Shown here piece by piece: positions 43,481 to 56,110 of a DNA stretch of 64,000 bases (positions are counted from its first letter, which is position 1; each line of letters opens with the position of its first letter). Made by a program: the position numbers and the translations under genes. Below the pieces are notes generated by a model. The model made no database searches. It was not told where the DNA came from and saw nothing but the letters and a program-made list of their open reading frames with translations. The DNA lies in the NCBI RefSeq assembly GCF_009914755.1, contig NC_060937.1; one strand, written 5' to 3'. The DNA comes from the human T2T-CHM13v2.0 reference genome, Homo sapiens.

Positions 43481-44250
43481 GTATTGTTAACATTATTTAA
43501 ATAAAGAGATAGAAACTTATTGACTCACTCAAGGATTTATTCTGCTAAAAATTGACCAAATGTAATCAAGACCTTTTTTTTAACGTTGACTTTATATTTA
43601 CTTCAGATTGACTAATCATATGCAAATTCAATGTCAGTAATAGTATTATTTTGTAGGCAAAGACTAATTTTCTTAAGGATTTTTGTGGTTGATAATTCAA
43701 ATAGCTACCTTTACTGATGTTAGTACCTGTTATAAATACATTTTTTATTTAGTATAGGATTCTTTCTTTTTTTGCTTGAATATGACTTTTAAAAAATTGG
43801 TCTTCCTTCTTAATAGGTCTGAAATAATTATAAATGCTGATTTTTGTTTTGGCAGACCTTCATTACTGGCCTAAGTAAAGCAATATATAACTCATCATCA
43901 ATCAGCCAATGTTAAAACTATTTTTAATTAAAAAAATACAGGCCTCCAGAAAGTCACTTCAGTTCTCCACTGGAATTTGCTTACTGGCCAAAGCATATAT
44001 TAATGCTTGAGGCTGAATAAGATGAACATATATGTACCTATTTTCATACTGTTCCACTTGACTACCTCCCATTGGCATTGTTATGCTTAGTATCACATAA
44101 CACTCTCCTATCAACAGTAAAATAAACCCCATATTGCAAATGCTCAGTGATGTACACAGGGTGTGTATTGGCCTCTGTCTAATGTAGTCTGGTTTCTATA
44201 GGTTTAAGAGTAATAAAGATTATTTCCTTTGCTCATATATTACAGATGGT

Positions 44251-44634
44251 TGCATTAGTCTGTCTTTTCATTGCTATAAGGAACTACTTGAGACTGGGTA
44301 ACTTTTATAGAAAAAGAGGTTTAATTGACTCACAGTTCCACAGGTTGTACAGGAAGCTTGTCTGGGAATGTTTCAGGAAACTTAAAATCATGGTGAAAGG
44401 CAAAGGGGAAGCAGATATGTCTAACATGGCCAGAGAAGGTGGAAAAGGGAGCAGCGGGGGTGTTACACATTTTTAAACAACCAGATTTCGTGAGAAATCA
44501 TTCATTATCACAAGAAGAGCAAGGGGGAAATCTGCCCTCATGATCTAGTCACCTCCCACCAGGTGTCTGCTCCAACATTTGGGATTACAATTTGACATGA
44601 GATTTGGGCAGGGACAAAAATCCAAACCATACCA
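44251..44634 (-). mobile_element. MSTA-like MaLR LTR
   Basis: ATTGCTATAAGGAACTACTTGAGACTGGGTAA..ATGAGATTTGGGCAGGGAC..AAACCATA. Confidence 0.88.
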
Positions 44635-44928
44635 GTCATGTTTAAGGCAGGTGTTATTTCTTAGCTTTTTAAAAAGTTTACTTGAAGTCAATAATTACGT
44701 GTTTGTTATTTATTTTTTTTTTACTTTTTACCCATTATTTAATATTGTCTTTGATATTTTAACAGGTAATATAATTTAAACAAGAATAGTACTCACTTAT
44801 AATTAAATTATCACAATATAAATTTTTTCATTAAATAAACTTAATAGCCAAAAAGAATTATTCACAAATACATGTCTTTTTCATGGTGATAATGATAATA
44901 ACATACTAACATAAATCACTACAATCCC

Positions 44929-45079
44929 AAATTCTTTGGGAAATAATAATTTGTATTTTGTATTAAATTATGCATATGTTTTTCCTATGCATAATTTGTA
45001 TTTTTGCATTAAATTATGCATAGGAAAAACATAAGCATAATTTCATAGAAAATGTCAATTATTATTTCCCAAAGAATTT
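44929..45079. repeat. Long inverted repeat (69-bp arms, 13-bp loop)
   Basis: Arms 44929-44997 and 45011-45079 are reverse complements with 6 mismatches by manual alignment. Confidence 0.92.
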
Positions 45080-45474
45080 CTGTTAGGAATGCAAACAGTA
45101 TCCTGTTTAACATAATATAATCCTATATAGACTAATCCATACATTTTGTTTTAAAATAAATTCTAATGTAAACTATTTAATATATGTGTATTTTAATTTT
45201 TCCAATATTTTATATGTAAAAGGAATAGTAATTGATTAACTCTACCCCATCTCCTTCATCATTCTGCTATCAAAAGTATCATATTTTTCAGCCTTATATA
45301 CTTAGACTTCTTAATATCTGTATAGATGTTCTCTGTGATTTATATATGTGAGATAATATAATCTATTTGGACTACACAGCTTTTTTATATAAACACTTTA
45401 AATGACATTTTTTTCTTTTTTACCTGATTACCTTAACTGTTTACAAATTCTACTTTATAGTTTACAAGACATTA

Positions 45475-46274
45475 TGTTGTTTCAGAGAAAAGCTCCTATC
45501 AACTGTGTTTTTCCTCTGTTCTCCCACTGCCAAGTCAATCACCAATACAGAAGCAGACTGCTGTGACCAAACGTGTTGGTATTTTCCCCACACACCAAGC
45601 TGCAGACACCAGCGGAGTGTCCTCCAATTCAATTGTCACACTATCTACCTAGAGATAGTGTCAGATCCCACATGTTGGGTGCTGAGTCCCCAAGATTGCC
45701 CCACTCCCTTTAGATGCTTGTCACAGGTCCAAGCCTCTGGAACTTCTGACCCACTGGTTTCAAGTTGGGGTTCCCATGAGCCCCTGTTTGGGTCGGATTA
45801 ATTTGCTGGAGCAGTGCACAGAACTCAAGGAATCACTTACACTTACCAGTTTATTGTAAAGGATATGACAAAGGATACAGATGAAGTGACACACAGGGCA
45901 AGGTATGGGGGAAGGGGTGTGGACCTTCCATGCCCTCCCTGAGTACAGCATCCTCCAGAAACCACCATGTGTTCCACTTTGTAGAAGCTCCTCAAACCCA
46001 GGCCTCGGGCTCTTATGGAATCTTCATGATGTCAGCATTCCTTCTCCCAGATTGTAGGGTGGACTCCTCTCTGGAGAGGGTCTTAAGACCCACAGTCAGA
46101 AAGGCATGGGAAGTTTAGAGCCCTGCCTTTGGGCAAGTACAAGGAAGGTAAGAGCAAGATTCTGTTTCCTGAGTTCTAAAACAGCCAACATGATAACAAA
46201 AAACTTTAATAAGGGCTATGGGAGTTATAAACAAAAAACCATGAATGAAAACCAATATATATCATAACACCACA
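45475..46274 (-). mobile_element. MER21A/B-like LTR
   Basis: ACACTATCTACCTAGAGATAGTGTCAGATCCCACA; TAATTTGCTGGAGCAG..CAGAACTCA; ends ..CACCACA. Confidence 0.8.
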
Positions 46275-47044
46275 TATATAAAAAATAAGAACAAACAGAA
46301 CTATATATAACTGTTTGCACAAATTCATCTTGCTAATTTTCCAAATATTTAATAGTGTATATATTATTAAATCTAATATAAATGTTAATGTCTCAAAAAC
46401 AGCTGTATGAACCCAGGAGCCAAAGCAAAACATTTCAAAACATTTTTCTCAGATTTTGTCACACGATCACTTATTATTTATGTTCTTGATACCAAAAATA
46501 ATATATATTTATTTTATAATGCTAAATATTTCTGTCATATGTTATGACTATAGCAATGCATAACTACTTTTGGAATCTTAGTGTGATATTTACCTAGGTT
46601 AACAATAGAAAATAATATTTTCAACATACACTTTAGTCAATTTGAAATGCAGAAACTTTTTTAAATGAGTATTATATCTAATTTGTACACTAATATATTA
46701 AATAGATATAATTCAGATATCTTTCACATACCAATTATACTTCACAATTATAGATCAAATCAAAGTTGTCTATTTATAATATTTGGAGTAAGTGAATAGT
46801 TTAACATATATTTAAAGAGTTCTGCTTCTTCCTCCATAGTCAAACAATTATTTCTAGCTATAACAATAAATAAATTGAGGCACTAATCATGTTTTATGAT
46901 GATTATGATATAATTTGCTGTTATAAATACATGCAGTTATGATTTTTTTTCCAGGCCATAGAAGCACTCGAAAATTTACACAGACATATAAATATTAGCA
47001 CATTTATTTTAAATTACTCAAATTTATAACTTACCAGATTTTTA

Positions 47045-47124
47045 TTAAATTGATGCAAAAGTAATTGCGGTTTCTGCCAATAAAAGTAACGCCAAAAACA
47101 ACAATTGCTTTTGCAGCAACCTAA
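47045..47124. mobile_element. MADE1 (Hsmar1-derived MITE)
   Basis: 80-bp palindrome TTAAATTGATGCAAAAGTAATTGCGG..TTTTGCAGCAACCTAA with TA TSDs. Confidence 0.92.
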
Positions 47125-47779
47125 TATCATACAGGAAGAAAGCAGTGATACGTTGGATTCCACAAGGCCTGGTGTTCAACACCAACATTAACATGAATTA
47201 CAGCATTCTTAGAAACAGGTGCTTTTAGTCACCTCAGGCTAAGATTGCACGTGTCCAGTGGGAAGTAAATCAAAGTTTTCTTAATAAAATATTGCACTGA
47301 AACACATATCTGTTAGAAGAAGTGAGTTATTTTATTAAACATGTCTATAGGAATTTAGGATGTTTTATGAAAGTTTTATACCAGTATATACTACAAACTT
47401 GGCAATAGTTCCATTTCCCCTTAGAAATGATTGGTCTAGCTATAAAAATCCCTCAAGTCAATTTCTGGTCTTCTATCATTTCCTAAAATTTCTGGGAATT
47501 AAGTTGTCTTTCATCAGGCTGACAGAAAACTAGACCTCTGGAAGGGGTATGGGTGTTCCTTTTTAGAAAGTAAGATTATCCTGATGAGTACACTCTAGAT
47601 TTTCTGCTTTTCTCAAGTGTTACAGTGAAACCTCAAAGACTTCTATTCTGAGTTACTTCTTAAATCTTACATAAGATATGCAAGATAGAAAATTTATATA
47701 CATTTAGAAAATATACAAATATTCTTTATTATATTGAAAATATTTTATATAGAGTCACTGAAATCTAATAAAATGCAAA

Positions 47780-48390
47780 CATTCATTTGCTCAGCAAATT
47801 TATATTGAGTATTTATTAAGTGCCAGAAATATTTTAAGGACAGAAAATAGATTAGTTTATATAATGAAAAAAAATTTTTGTCCTCATGGGCAAATATATC
47901 TTGTCTCTTATGTTCTGTGTCAGGAATCTAGTAGCAGTTTACCTGTGTGATTTTGACTCTAGCTTTCAATGTTACTGCAGTCAAAACTAGTCAGGCAGGA
48001 ATGCAGTCTTATGTGAAGGCTCACATGAGAATGAATCTTTTTTCAAGCTTATTAACATGGCTTTGGAAGGCCTCAGTTTCACATCTACTGTTAGTTCCTC
48101 ACTGCATGTCTGTCTCTATAGGCTAATGGAGTATCCTAATAACATAGATGCTCACTTCTGTCAAATACTATTGGTCACATAAAAAGACTCTTGGAAAATG
48201 TGTAGAGACCACAAAAGGGTGTGAATTCAACTGGCTGGAGATCGTTGTGACCACTTTGGAGGTTGAATATCACAAGGGGTAAAGAATATTATTGCGGAAT
48301 CCCATAGAAGGTTTTAAGTGGAGAAATAAATGTAATATATTTAAGTTATTGTTAAGAAGGAACAATCTGGCTATCATGTTAAAAATGGAT
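47780..48390 (-). mobile_element. L2 3' region split by an MLT1-type LTR (about 47900-48275)
   Basis: CATTCATT..CAAAT..ATTGAG L2 tail; MaLR-like TCAGGAATCTAG..GGGTGTGAA; boundaries approximate. Confidence 0.55.
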
Positions 48391-48461
48391 TTAGTTAATA
48401 AACCTCTCTAACACGAAGTGTGCAAGCTCTGCTGTTCTACTACAGAGTAAAAGCAAAAGTT

Positions 48462-48575
48462 TATGTATACATATACACATACACACATATACATGTACAC
48501 ATACATGTACATATATACAAACAGGTATGCATATACACACATACAGGCATACGTATACATACAAACATAGATACA
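48462..48575. repeat. Degenerate (TA/CA)n purine-pyrimidine microsatellite
   Basis: TATACACATACACACATATACATGTACAC... Confidence 0.85.
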
Positions 48576-48579
48576 TTTA

Positions 48580-49927
48580 AGCTTCTAGAAATGGCCCTAA
48601 GGATAAACAGCAAATCAAGAAACATTTCTTCAAGAAAATCTAGAAATATTTAATAAGAAAGATGATAGTCTGTGGCATTTGAACAAGACCACTTCTTTCT
48701 TCCCCACTCCCAGCTCAGTGAGGTGAAGACTGCATTCTAGATTGCTTCAAACAAGAACAGGGCTCCTTCTATACCCATTTTTCAGTTGGAGTGCTTTCTG
48801 TTTTAAATAATCAGGACTTGGCATTTCAAATCCTGCCTTAGATATCCAAACATAAGCCTAAGCCCAAGGTTGGTACAGTTGAGAGGTGAGAATTTCCACC
48901 TGCTGTCCATCTTCCACCTATGTACTAGAGGCTCTGCCTAGGGCATGGCATGCATAGAATAGTGGGGTCCTCCTTGACCTTGCCCCTGCTAATGCAGTGG
49001 CTATTCCATGCCATTAGAAATAAGCCAAGAGGACCTTGGGATGCTGCCTTCACACATCCACATGACTGAGTACTCAGTTTCTAGAACAGGGGGACACTCA
49101 GAGAAGTGTAGGCCATTTTCAATCCAGTTCCAGTGCCGTCTCTCAGTGATTTTTTTTCTCACTGAGGGGATAAGCAGGGCTTACAAAAGATAATTTCTTT
49201 TCCATTTCCAAGGGTACTGACTTCATTTGAAAGAGTTTGGGAAAATAGATTTGACCTGACAGTAGAAACAATTAGCAAACTTGAAGATAAATTCATTGAG
49301 ATTATGCAAGCTGACAAATAGCACAAAGAATCTAAAAAATAAACAGAGCCTCAGAGAAGTGTGGGAAATCATCAAGCACACCAATTCACATGTAATAACA
49401 GTACCAGAAGGAAAGGAGAGAAAATAGAAACAAAAAAAAAATCTTTAAAAAACAATGGCAAAAATATTCCCAAATTTATTGAAGGGCACTAATTCACACA
49501 TTCCAGAAGCTCAACAAACTCCAAGTAGGATAAACACAAAGAGATCCACAAACAGGCACATCAAATTAAAAATACTAAAAGTCAAATACAAGGAAGAAAA
49601 TCTTGAAAGCAGCAATAGAAAAATAACTCATAACAAAAAAATCCTAATAAAATTAGCATCTAATTTCTCAGCAGAAACAACGGAGGCCAGAAGGCAGTGG
49701 GATAATCAAAATACTTAAAGACAATGACTATCAACCAAGAATCGTGTATCCATGGAAACTATTTTTCAAAAATTAGCAAGACTTTGTAGATACACAAAAA
49801 CTGAGATAACTTGTTTCTAGCAGACCAACATGAGAGATATGAAAGAAATTTCTTTAGGCTGAAAGCAAATGACCTGAGATAGTACGTCATATACATACAC
49901 AAAAATAAACGGCATCAATAGGATTAT
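48580..49927 (+). mobile_element. Old L1 (L1M/L1MC) 5' region and ORF1 remnant
   Basis: ORF 49455-49718 IFPNL..EAQQTPSRIN..NFSAETTEARRQW. Confidence 0.75.
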
Positions 49928-50184
49928 TGTGATGGTTAAATTTATGTGTCAATTTAAGTAGATCACAGGGTGCACAGATTAAACATTGCTGCATATGTTT
50001 CTGAAGATGTTTTCTGATCTCATTAGTATCTGAATAGGTGAACTAAAAACAGTAGATTGTTCTCTCCAATGTGGGTTGTCCTGATCTAATCTGTTGAGGG
50101 TTTGAATAGAAAAAAGGCAAGAGTAGAGGAGAATGCATCTGTTACGCCTGATTGCTGAGCTAGGATATCAGTCTTCTGACTGAT

Positions 50185-50827
50185 TGTTAAATATAAATTC
50201 TAAATTTTTCTTCAAAGAATTAATATGTCACTATATTCAATTCTATGCCTTCTACTTTTAAACTTAACTTTCTCGTAAGGCAACATTTCCAATTGCCTAC
50301 TCCACCCTGACTCATTCTCCATCCTGACTTATTCTTCACCTTGACTCATTCTGATTACCTGCTCCACCCTGACTCATTCTCTGCCTTGACTCATTGCGAT
50401 TACCTGCTCCACCCTGACTCATTCTCCACTCTGACTCATTGTTATTACCTGCTCCACCCTGACTCATTCTTCACCCTGACTCATTCCAATTACCTACTCA
50501 ACCCTGACTCATTCCGATTCATTCTCCACCCTGACTCAATTCATAACCATTTTTCCTGCCAAACCACTCACCCTGTCACTCTCTTTAGTCAATCGGAAAT
50601 AGTTTAGCCTGTGCCGTCTAACCCTAGCCAATAGGAGAACCACACAGCAGTAGGGACCACATGCATCAGGAATAAGAACACCTTTCCCTCCCTTGTCCAG
50701 GTGTGTGCTCACCATTGCTCCATCTTGAGGGCATACCCTTCTATAGAAGTACTTTGCCTTGCTGAGAATTGAAAATTTTATGTTTGAGTACTGTTTCTTC
50801 TGCAGCACCAAAACTTTATTTATAACA
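50185..50827 (+). mobile_element. LTR10F-like solo LTR (HERV-IP10) inserted in the MLT2 LTR
   Basis: TGTTAAATATAAATTCTAAAT..TCAAAGAAT start; ..TATAACA end; 5-bp TSD CTGAT. Confidence 0.9.
50300..50540 (+). promoter_or_regulatory. AP-1 (TGACTCA) tandem array / VNTR within LTR10
   Basis: TGACTCA at 50308, 50342, 50370, 50387, 50415, 50432, 50460, 50477, 50505, 50532, plus TGACTTA at 50325; activity not shown by sequence. Confidence 0.8.
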
Positions 50828-52029
50828 CTGATGACTTACTTAAAACAGTGTCTACCCTGGTCCTTAGGACATCAGACTCAGATTGAACTATACCACCAGA
50901 TTTCCTGGGTCTCCAGCTGGTAGACAGCAGATAATTTTACTTTTCAGCCTCCATAATTGTATAAGTCAATTTCCCTTGTTGCTTTATTTTCTATTTATCT
51001 GCAGAACCTCAGATTTCAATTCAAATTTTAGTACCACCCCAGCACCTCTCTTTGCTTTTATACTCAAGTCTCAGCAGGCTCCTAAGGGTAAGATACAAAA
51101 TATCTGAGGAACCTGTGTGGAAATGAATACTGAGAGTGTGGGATAATCATAAAAGAAAACATAAAGTTGGTTCAGGCCAAATTTATTGATATGGGCTCAC
51201 TAAGCAAACATTCTGCATTTAATTTTGCAGCTTGGGGAGGTAGAAAGTGCACTCAGAGTTTGTGTGAGTAGTTGGGTGAAACTGTGATGGAAAGGTAGCC
51301 CACAGTGAGCAAACCGGAAATGCTGCATCTGCTTTCATTTAATGGAGAAAGAGATTCAAAGGCTTAAAGAAATGGAATGTTAGAGTAGATTTGTCATTTA
51401 AGACCCACTCACCCACATGGGAGAGTCCAGAAGTCATTCCTGTCACCAACACTGAGAAATTTGTGACAAGAGCCCCAGCATTTTTGAAGAGCTCTGTGAT
51501 CACTCTGCTCTATAGGCCAGGTCTTTCAGTGAGAACTGCAGGCACTCAATTGGAAAATCTAAATGCAAAGTAGGTAATTGTGTCCTGGGGCAGCAGGGGC
51601 CAGGTGGCGGAACTGGCAAGTTGTTGCACTTAACTGCCAAAAGCAGGGTAGGTGCAGTTACCATAATTAACAGCAGAGCTAAAGCAGCAACTGATTGACA
51701 CAGACACATGGCATTGACTAGTTAATCATGCTATTCCTAGAAGTTAAATAGATAGGAAGCCTACTAAATTCTTACTTGATCTGTGCAAGCAGAAAAGCCT
51801 AAGCAAGTAAACAGAAGTCTAACCTGAATCATAAAAACAGAGAGTCATGTTCTCTCCATTAATTTCCAGACATGAGCCAGTTTATAGATCCAGAAACCCT
51901 TGAATTAAAAGAAACCTGGGTCCTTTGAGGAAGGACCATGGAACACTGCTGAAAATTTAAACTGTTAATCTCTCTCCCAGTCATCTCCAAAAGGACCAAT
52001 AGTCTCATCACAGTAACTGTGAATTGGAA

Positions 52030-54280
52030 AAATTGAAATAATTAAACATTTCTGGGACTACTGGACACTGGCTCTGAATTGACACTAATTCCAGGAAACA
52101 AAAAATCATCATTGTGACCCACTAGTCATAGAATGGGCTTGATGAAAATCAGGTGATTAATGGAGATTTAACTAGAGTCTATCTCTCAGTGGACCTAGTC
52201 AGTCCAGAACCCATTCTGTGGTTATTTCCCCAGTTCTAGAATGAATAATTGGCATAGATGTACTCAGCAGTAGACAGAATCTCTACAGTGACTCTCTCTC
52301 TTACCTGTAGAATGAGGGCTATTATGGTGGGAAAAGCAACTGGAGGCCATTAGAATGGTCTCTACCTAGAAAAATAGTAAAACAAAAGCAATACTGCATT
52401 CCTGGAGGACTTGCAGAGATCACTGCCACCATCAAGGATTTGAAGGGGGCAGGGGTGATGATTTCCACCACAACATCATTCAAATCAACTATTTGGCCTG
52501 TTTGGAAAACAGATGGATGTTGGAGAATGACAGTGGATTATTGTAAGCTTAACCAGGTGGTGACCCCAATTACAACTGCACTATCAGATGTGGTTTCATT
52601 GCCTGGGCAAATTAATATATCCCTTGTTACCTGTATTAATCTAGAAAATGCCCTTTTCTCCATGCCTTTTGATAAGGCCTACCAAAATGAGTTTTGTTTC
52701 AGCTGGCAAGGCCAGTAATACATCTTCACTGTTCTACCTCATGGGGATATCAACTCTCCAGACCTGAGTCATAATTTAGTTCACAGGATTCTTGATTACC
52801 TTTCCTTTCCACAAGATATCACACTAATCTATTACATTGATGACATTATGATGATCAGACCTAGACAGCAAAACGTAGCACCTACTCTAGACATATTGGT
52901 AATTCATTTACATGCCAGAATAAAAGAAATAAATCCAGAAAAAGCTCAGGGGCCTTCCATCTTGGTGAAATTTCTAGGGATCCAGTGGTGTGGGGCATGT
53001 TGAGATATTTATTTTAATGTGAATAATTAGTTGTTGCACCTGGCTCCTTCTAAAGCCAAGACAAAGGCACAACATGTAGTGAGCCTCTTTGGATTTTGGA
53101 GGCAACATATTTCTCAACTGGGTATGTTACTCCAGCCCATTTACTAAGTGACTTAAAAAGATATTACTTTTTAATAGGATCCAGACAGAAGAAGACTCGG
53201 CAACAGATTCAGGCTGCTGTGCAAGTGGCTCTGCCTCTTGCACCTTATCCAATAGTGCATTAAATGTCAGCAGCAGAAAAGAATGCTGTTTGGAGACTTT
53301 GGCTGGCTCCTATTGATGAATCACATCACAAATGCTTCAGATTTGGAGCAAAGCTCTGCCATCTTTTAAGACACAGCCCTTGACCTGCTACCATGTTTTA
53401 GTAGAGACTGAATGCTTAATATGGGCCACTAAGTTACCATGAGACCTGAGATGCTTATCATGAACTGAGAGATATCTGACCCACTAAACCATAAAGTTGA
53501 GCTTATACAACAGTATTCTATCATCAAATGAAGGTGGTATATACATGCTCAAGCCTGATCAGATCGTGAAAGTATAAGTAAGTTGCGTGAAGTGACCCAA
53601 ATGCCCATGGTCCCCACTCCTGCTATAGTACGTTTTCTCTCCCAGTCTGCAATTATGGGCTCATGGAGATTTTTCTACATTGACTTAATGGAAGAAGAAG
53701 AGTCAGGTCTTGTTTATAGACAATCCTGCATAATATACAGCAACCATCTGAAAGTGCACAGCTGCAGCACTATAGCCCCTTTCTGGGACATCCTTGAAGG
53801 ACAGTAGTGAAGAAAAATCCTGTCAGTGGGTAAAACTTTAAGCAGAGCACCTGGATGTGCACTTCATTTGGAAGGAAAAATGACCAGACGTGATTATAGA
53901 CCAATTCTTTGCCTGTGTCCAATATTTTGCCTCAATATCCAGGAACTTGGAAGGAAGATAATTGGAAGAGTGATGGTAAGAAATTTTGAAGAAGAGGTAT
54001 ATGGATAGACCTCTCCAAATGGGCAAAGACTTTGAAGATATTTGTCCCATGTGAATACTTACCAAAGAGTGACTTCAGTAGAGGAAGATTTAAATAATGA
54101 AGTGGATAGGGTAACCTATTCTGCTGAAACTAGTTGACCTTTTTCCCCAGACATCCTTGTCATCATACAGTGGACTCTTTAAAAAAGTGTCCATGGTGGT
54201 AAGGGTGGTGATTATGCATGAGCTTTGCAAAATGGCTTTCTACTTACTAAGGCCAACATGGCTAAAATCACTGCTGATTA
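52030..54280 (+). pseudogene. ERVL pro-pol remnant (protease, RT, RNase H), many stops and frameshifts
   Basis: ORF 52440-52718 IWPVWKTDGCWRMTVDYCKLNQVV; YIDD; KFLGIQW. Confidence 0.88.
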
Positions 54281-55897
54281 ATGCTAATTTTAAGGGCCAA
54301 TTGGACACTACTCCACTATGAAGAAAAGGAACAGTATGCCTGGTATATAAAAAATCTTTTAGAATGTCTTTTAGTATTTCCATGCCCTGTGATTAAGGTC
54401 AATGGAAAATTACAGTGACCTAGTCCAGGCAGGACTACTAATGGTCCAGACCCTTCAGGAATAAGGTTTTAGGTTATTCTACTAGGTAAAGAACCATGAG
54501 AAGCTGAGGTGCTGCCTGAAGGCAAAGGCAAAACAGGGTGCTTAGAGGTAAAAGGTAATAATAAATACCAGCTATGATCATGTGACCAGTTACAAAATTG
54601 AGAATTGTAATTGTCATAGTTTGTTATGAATACATTTGTGTGTGTATATTTGATTTGTTTCCTTTCTTATTACCCTATCATGTCACATAAGAATATTAAC
54701 TTTATATCATAACATATAAATATTGATACTTTTGTATCATATTATTTAAATTACAGAAAATGGGCAAAGAGAAAACAACACTCAAGGACTTTACCTCTTT
54801 TGAGGAGGGGTTTGTGTATTTTTGATTGTACACAGGACAGTTCTATCAAGTCAGAAAAATTTATAATCTTATTGCCTTTATTTAGAAAATAAGTATAGTG
54901 TAAGAAAATGCATATGGGTGCCAAGTCAAAGATTTGACTTGTGATAGTTATATACATTAACTTGACTGGATCCCAGGATGTGCAGCTATTTGGCTAAATA
55001 TTATTTCTAGATGTATCTGTGAATGTGTTTTTAGATTAGATTAGCATTTGGAGAGGTAATAATATACTCAGTAGAGCAGATTCTCCTCCTCAATTTGCAT
55101 GGGCGTCTATTCAATCCAATGAAGGGCTAAATAGAACAAAAGGCAGAAGAAGGAATAATTCAATTCTGCTGTCTGACTACCTGAGTGAAACTTAGGTCTT
55201 GTACCCTTGGAGTGAGACACACCATTGCTTCCCATAGTTCTCAGCCTCTGGACGTGTACTGAACCACATCACTGGTTTTCCTAGGTCTCCAGCTTATTAT
55301 TTATATTATCTGAAATATTTTTAGAAACACACAGAAGCAAGTAAGTTGTGTGTATATGCTTTCACAAATCAGCACAGTTTAGGAAACATACTCTCCTTGT
55401 GAATTTCAGTTATAATGCAAAGTTACATAATATGGACATAAGTTTTTTTTATTATAAACAGAAATATATTAGGAACTGTGTATCTGTTATAAATTGAACT
55501 AAATATAATCATGGTCTTCAATAGCCATTATGTTACCTAATGTTTAAAAGTTCAGTATTCTTAACATCATCACTAAAAATAAATTTGTGATGAACACTTA
55601 ACTTAATATTTCATATTTAATTATAGAATCATATCATTTTAACTGCTGCTACTGATAACTTTTTGTCCAGCTTCCTTATTTTATAAAAGGGACTTTATGA
55701 CACATTTTTTTCATTCTGATGGTTACGTTAATAAAGAATGAAGAAGTATTATTAGAGAGACTTATAGTCTTTTAGTGTAGAGAGACATTATTAAACTAAT
55801 TTTAGACGACTGACTATAAAATCTAAGAAGCTTTTTTACTTGCTTAGTTATAAATTAGTATTAAATATAAAAACAAGCAGTATTGAAATTGTAGTGC

Positions 55898-56110
55898 ACA
55901 TTCTGGTAAACATTTTCTTTGAAGAGGCAGATAGTAAATATTTTTATGTTTTGTGGGCCAGTCTCTAATGCAGCATGGCAACCCTATAGCATGAAAACAG
56001 TCATAGACATACACACAAGGATGAGTGTAACTGTGTTCCAATAAAAATGTAAATAATAAATAGAACATGAGTTGGATTTGGTCAATGGTCCATAGTTCAC
56101 TGACTCCTAA
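55898..56110 (+). mobile_element. MER58A-like hAT MITE
   Basis: CAGATAGTAAATATTTT..GTGGGCCA..CTGTGTTCCAATAAAA..GGATTTGG..CATAGTT. Confidence 0.8.

Larger units (their letters stand above)
49928..55294 (+). mobile_element. Ancient ERVL provirus with MLT2 LTRs (5' LTR 49928-about 51024; 3' LTR 54940-55294, truncated)
   Basis: TGTGATGGTTAA and TGTGATAGTTA LTR starts; protease LLDTGSELTLIP near 52058; RT WRMTVDY and YIDD near 52832. Confidence 0.9.

Noticed and set aside
48391-48653. His/Tyr/Val/Cys-rich ORFs
   Set aside because: These are microsatellite translations.
50300-50607. CRISPR-like array or repeat protein (ORF 50341-50607)
   Set aside because: Units are tandem with no unique spacers and lie within LTR10F; the ORF is a by-product of the 45-bp period.
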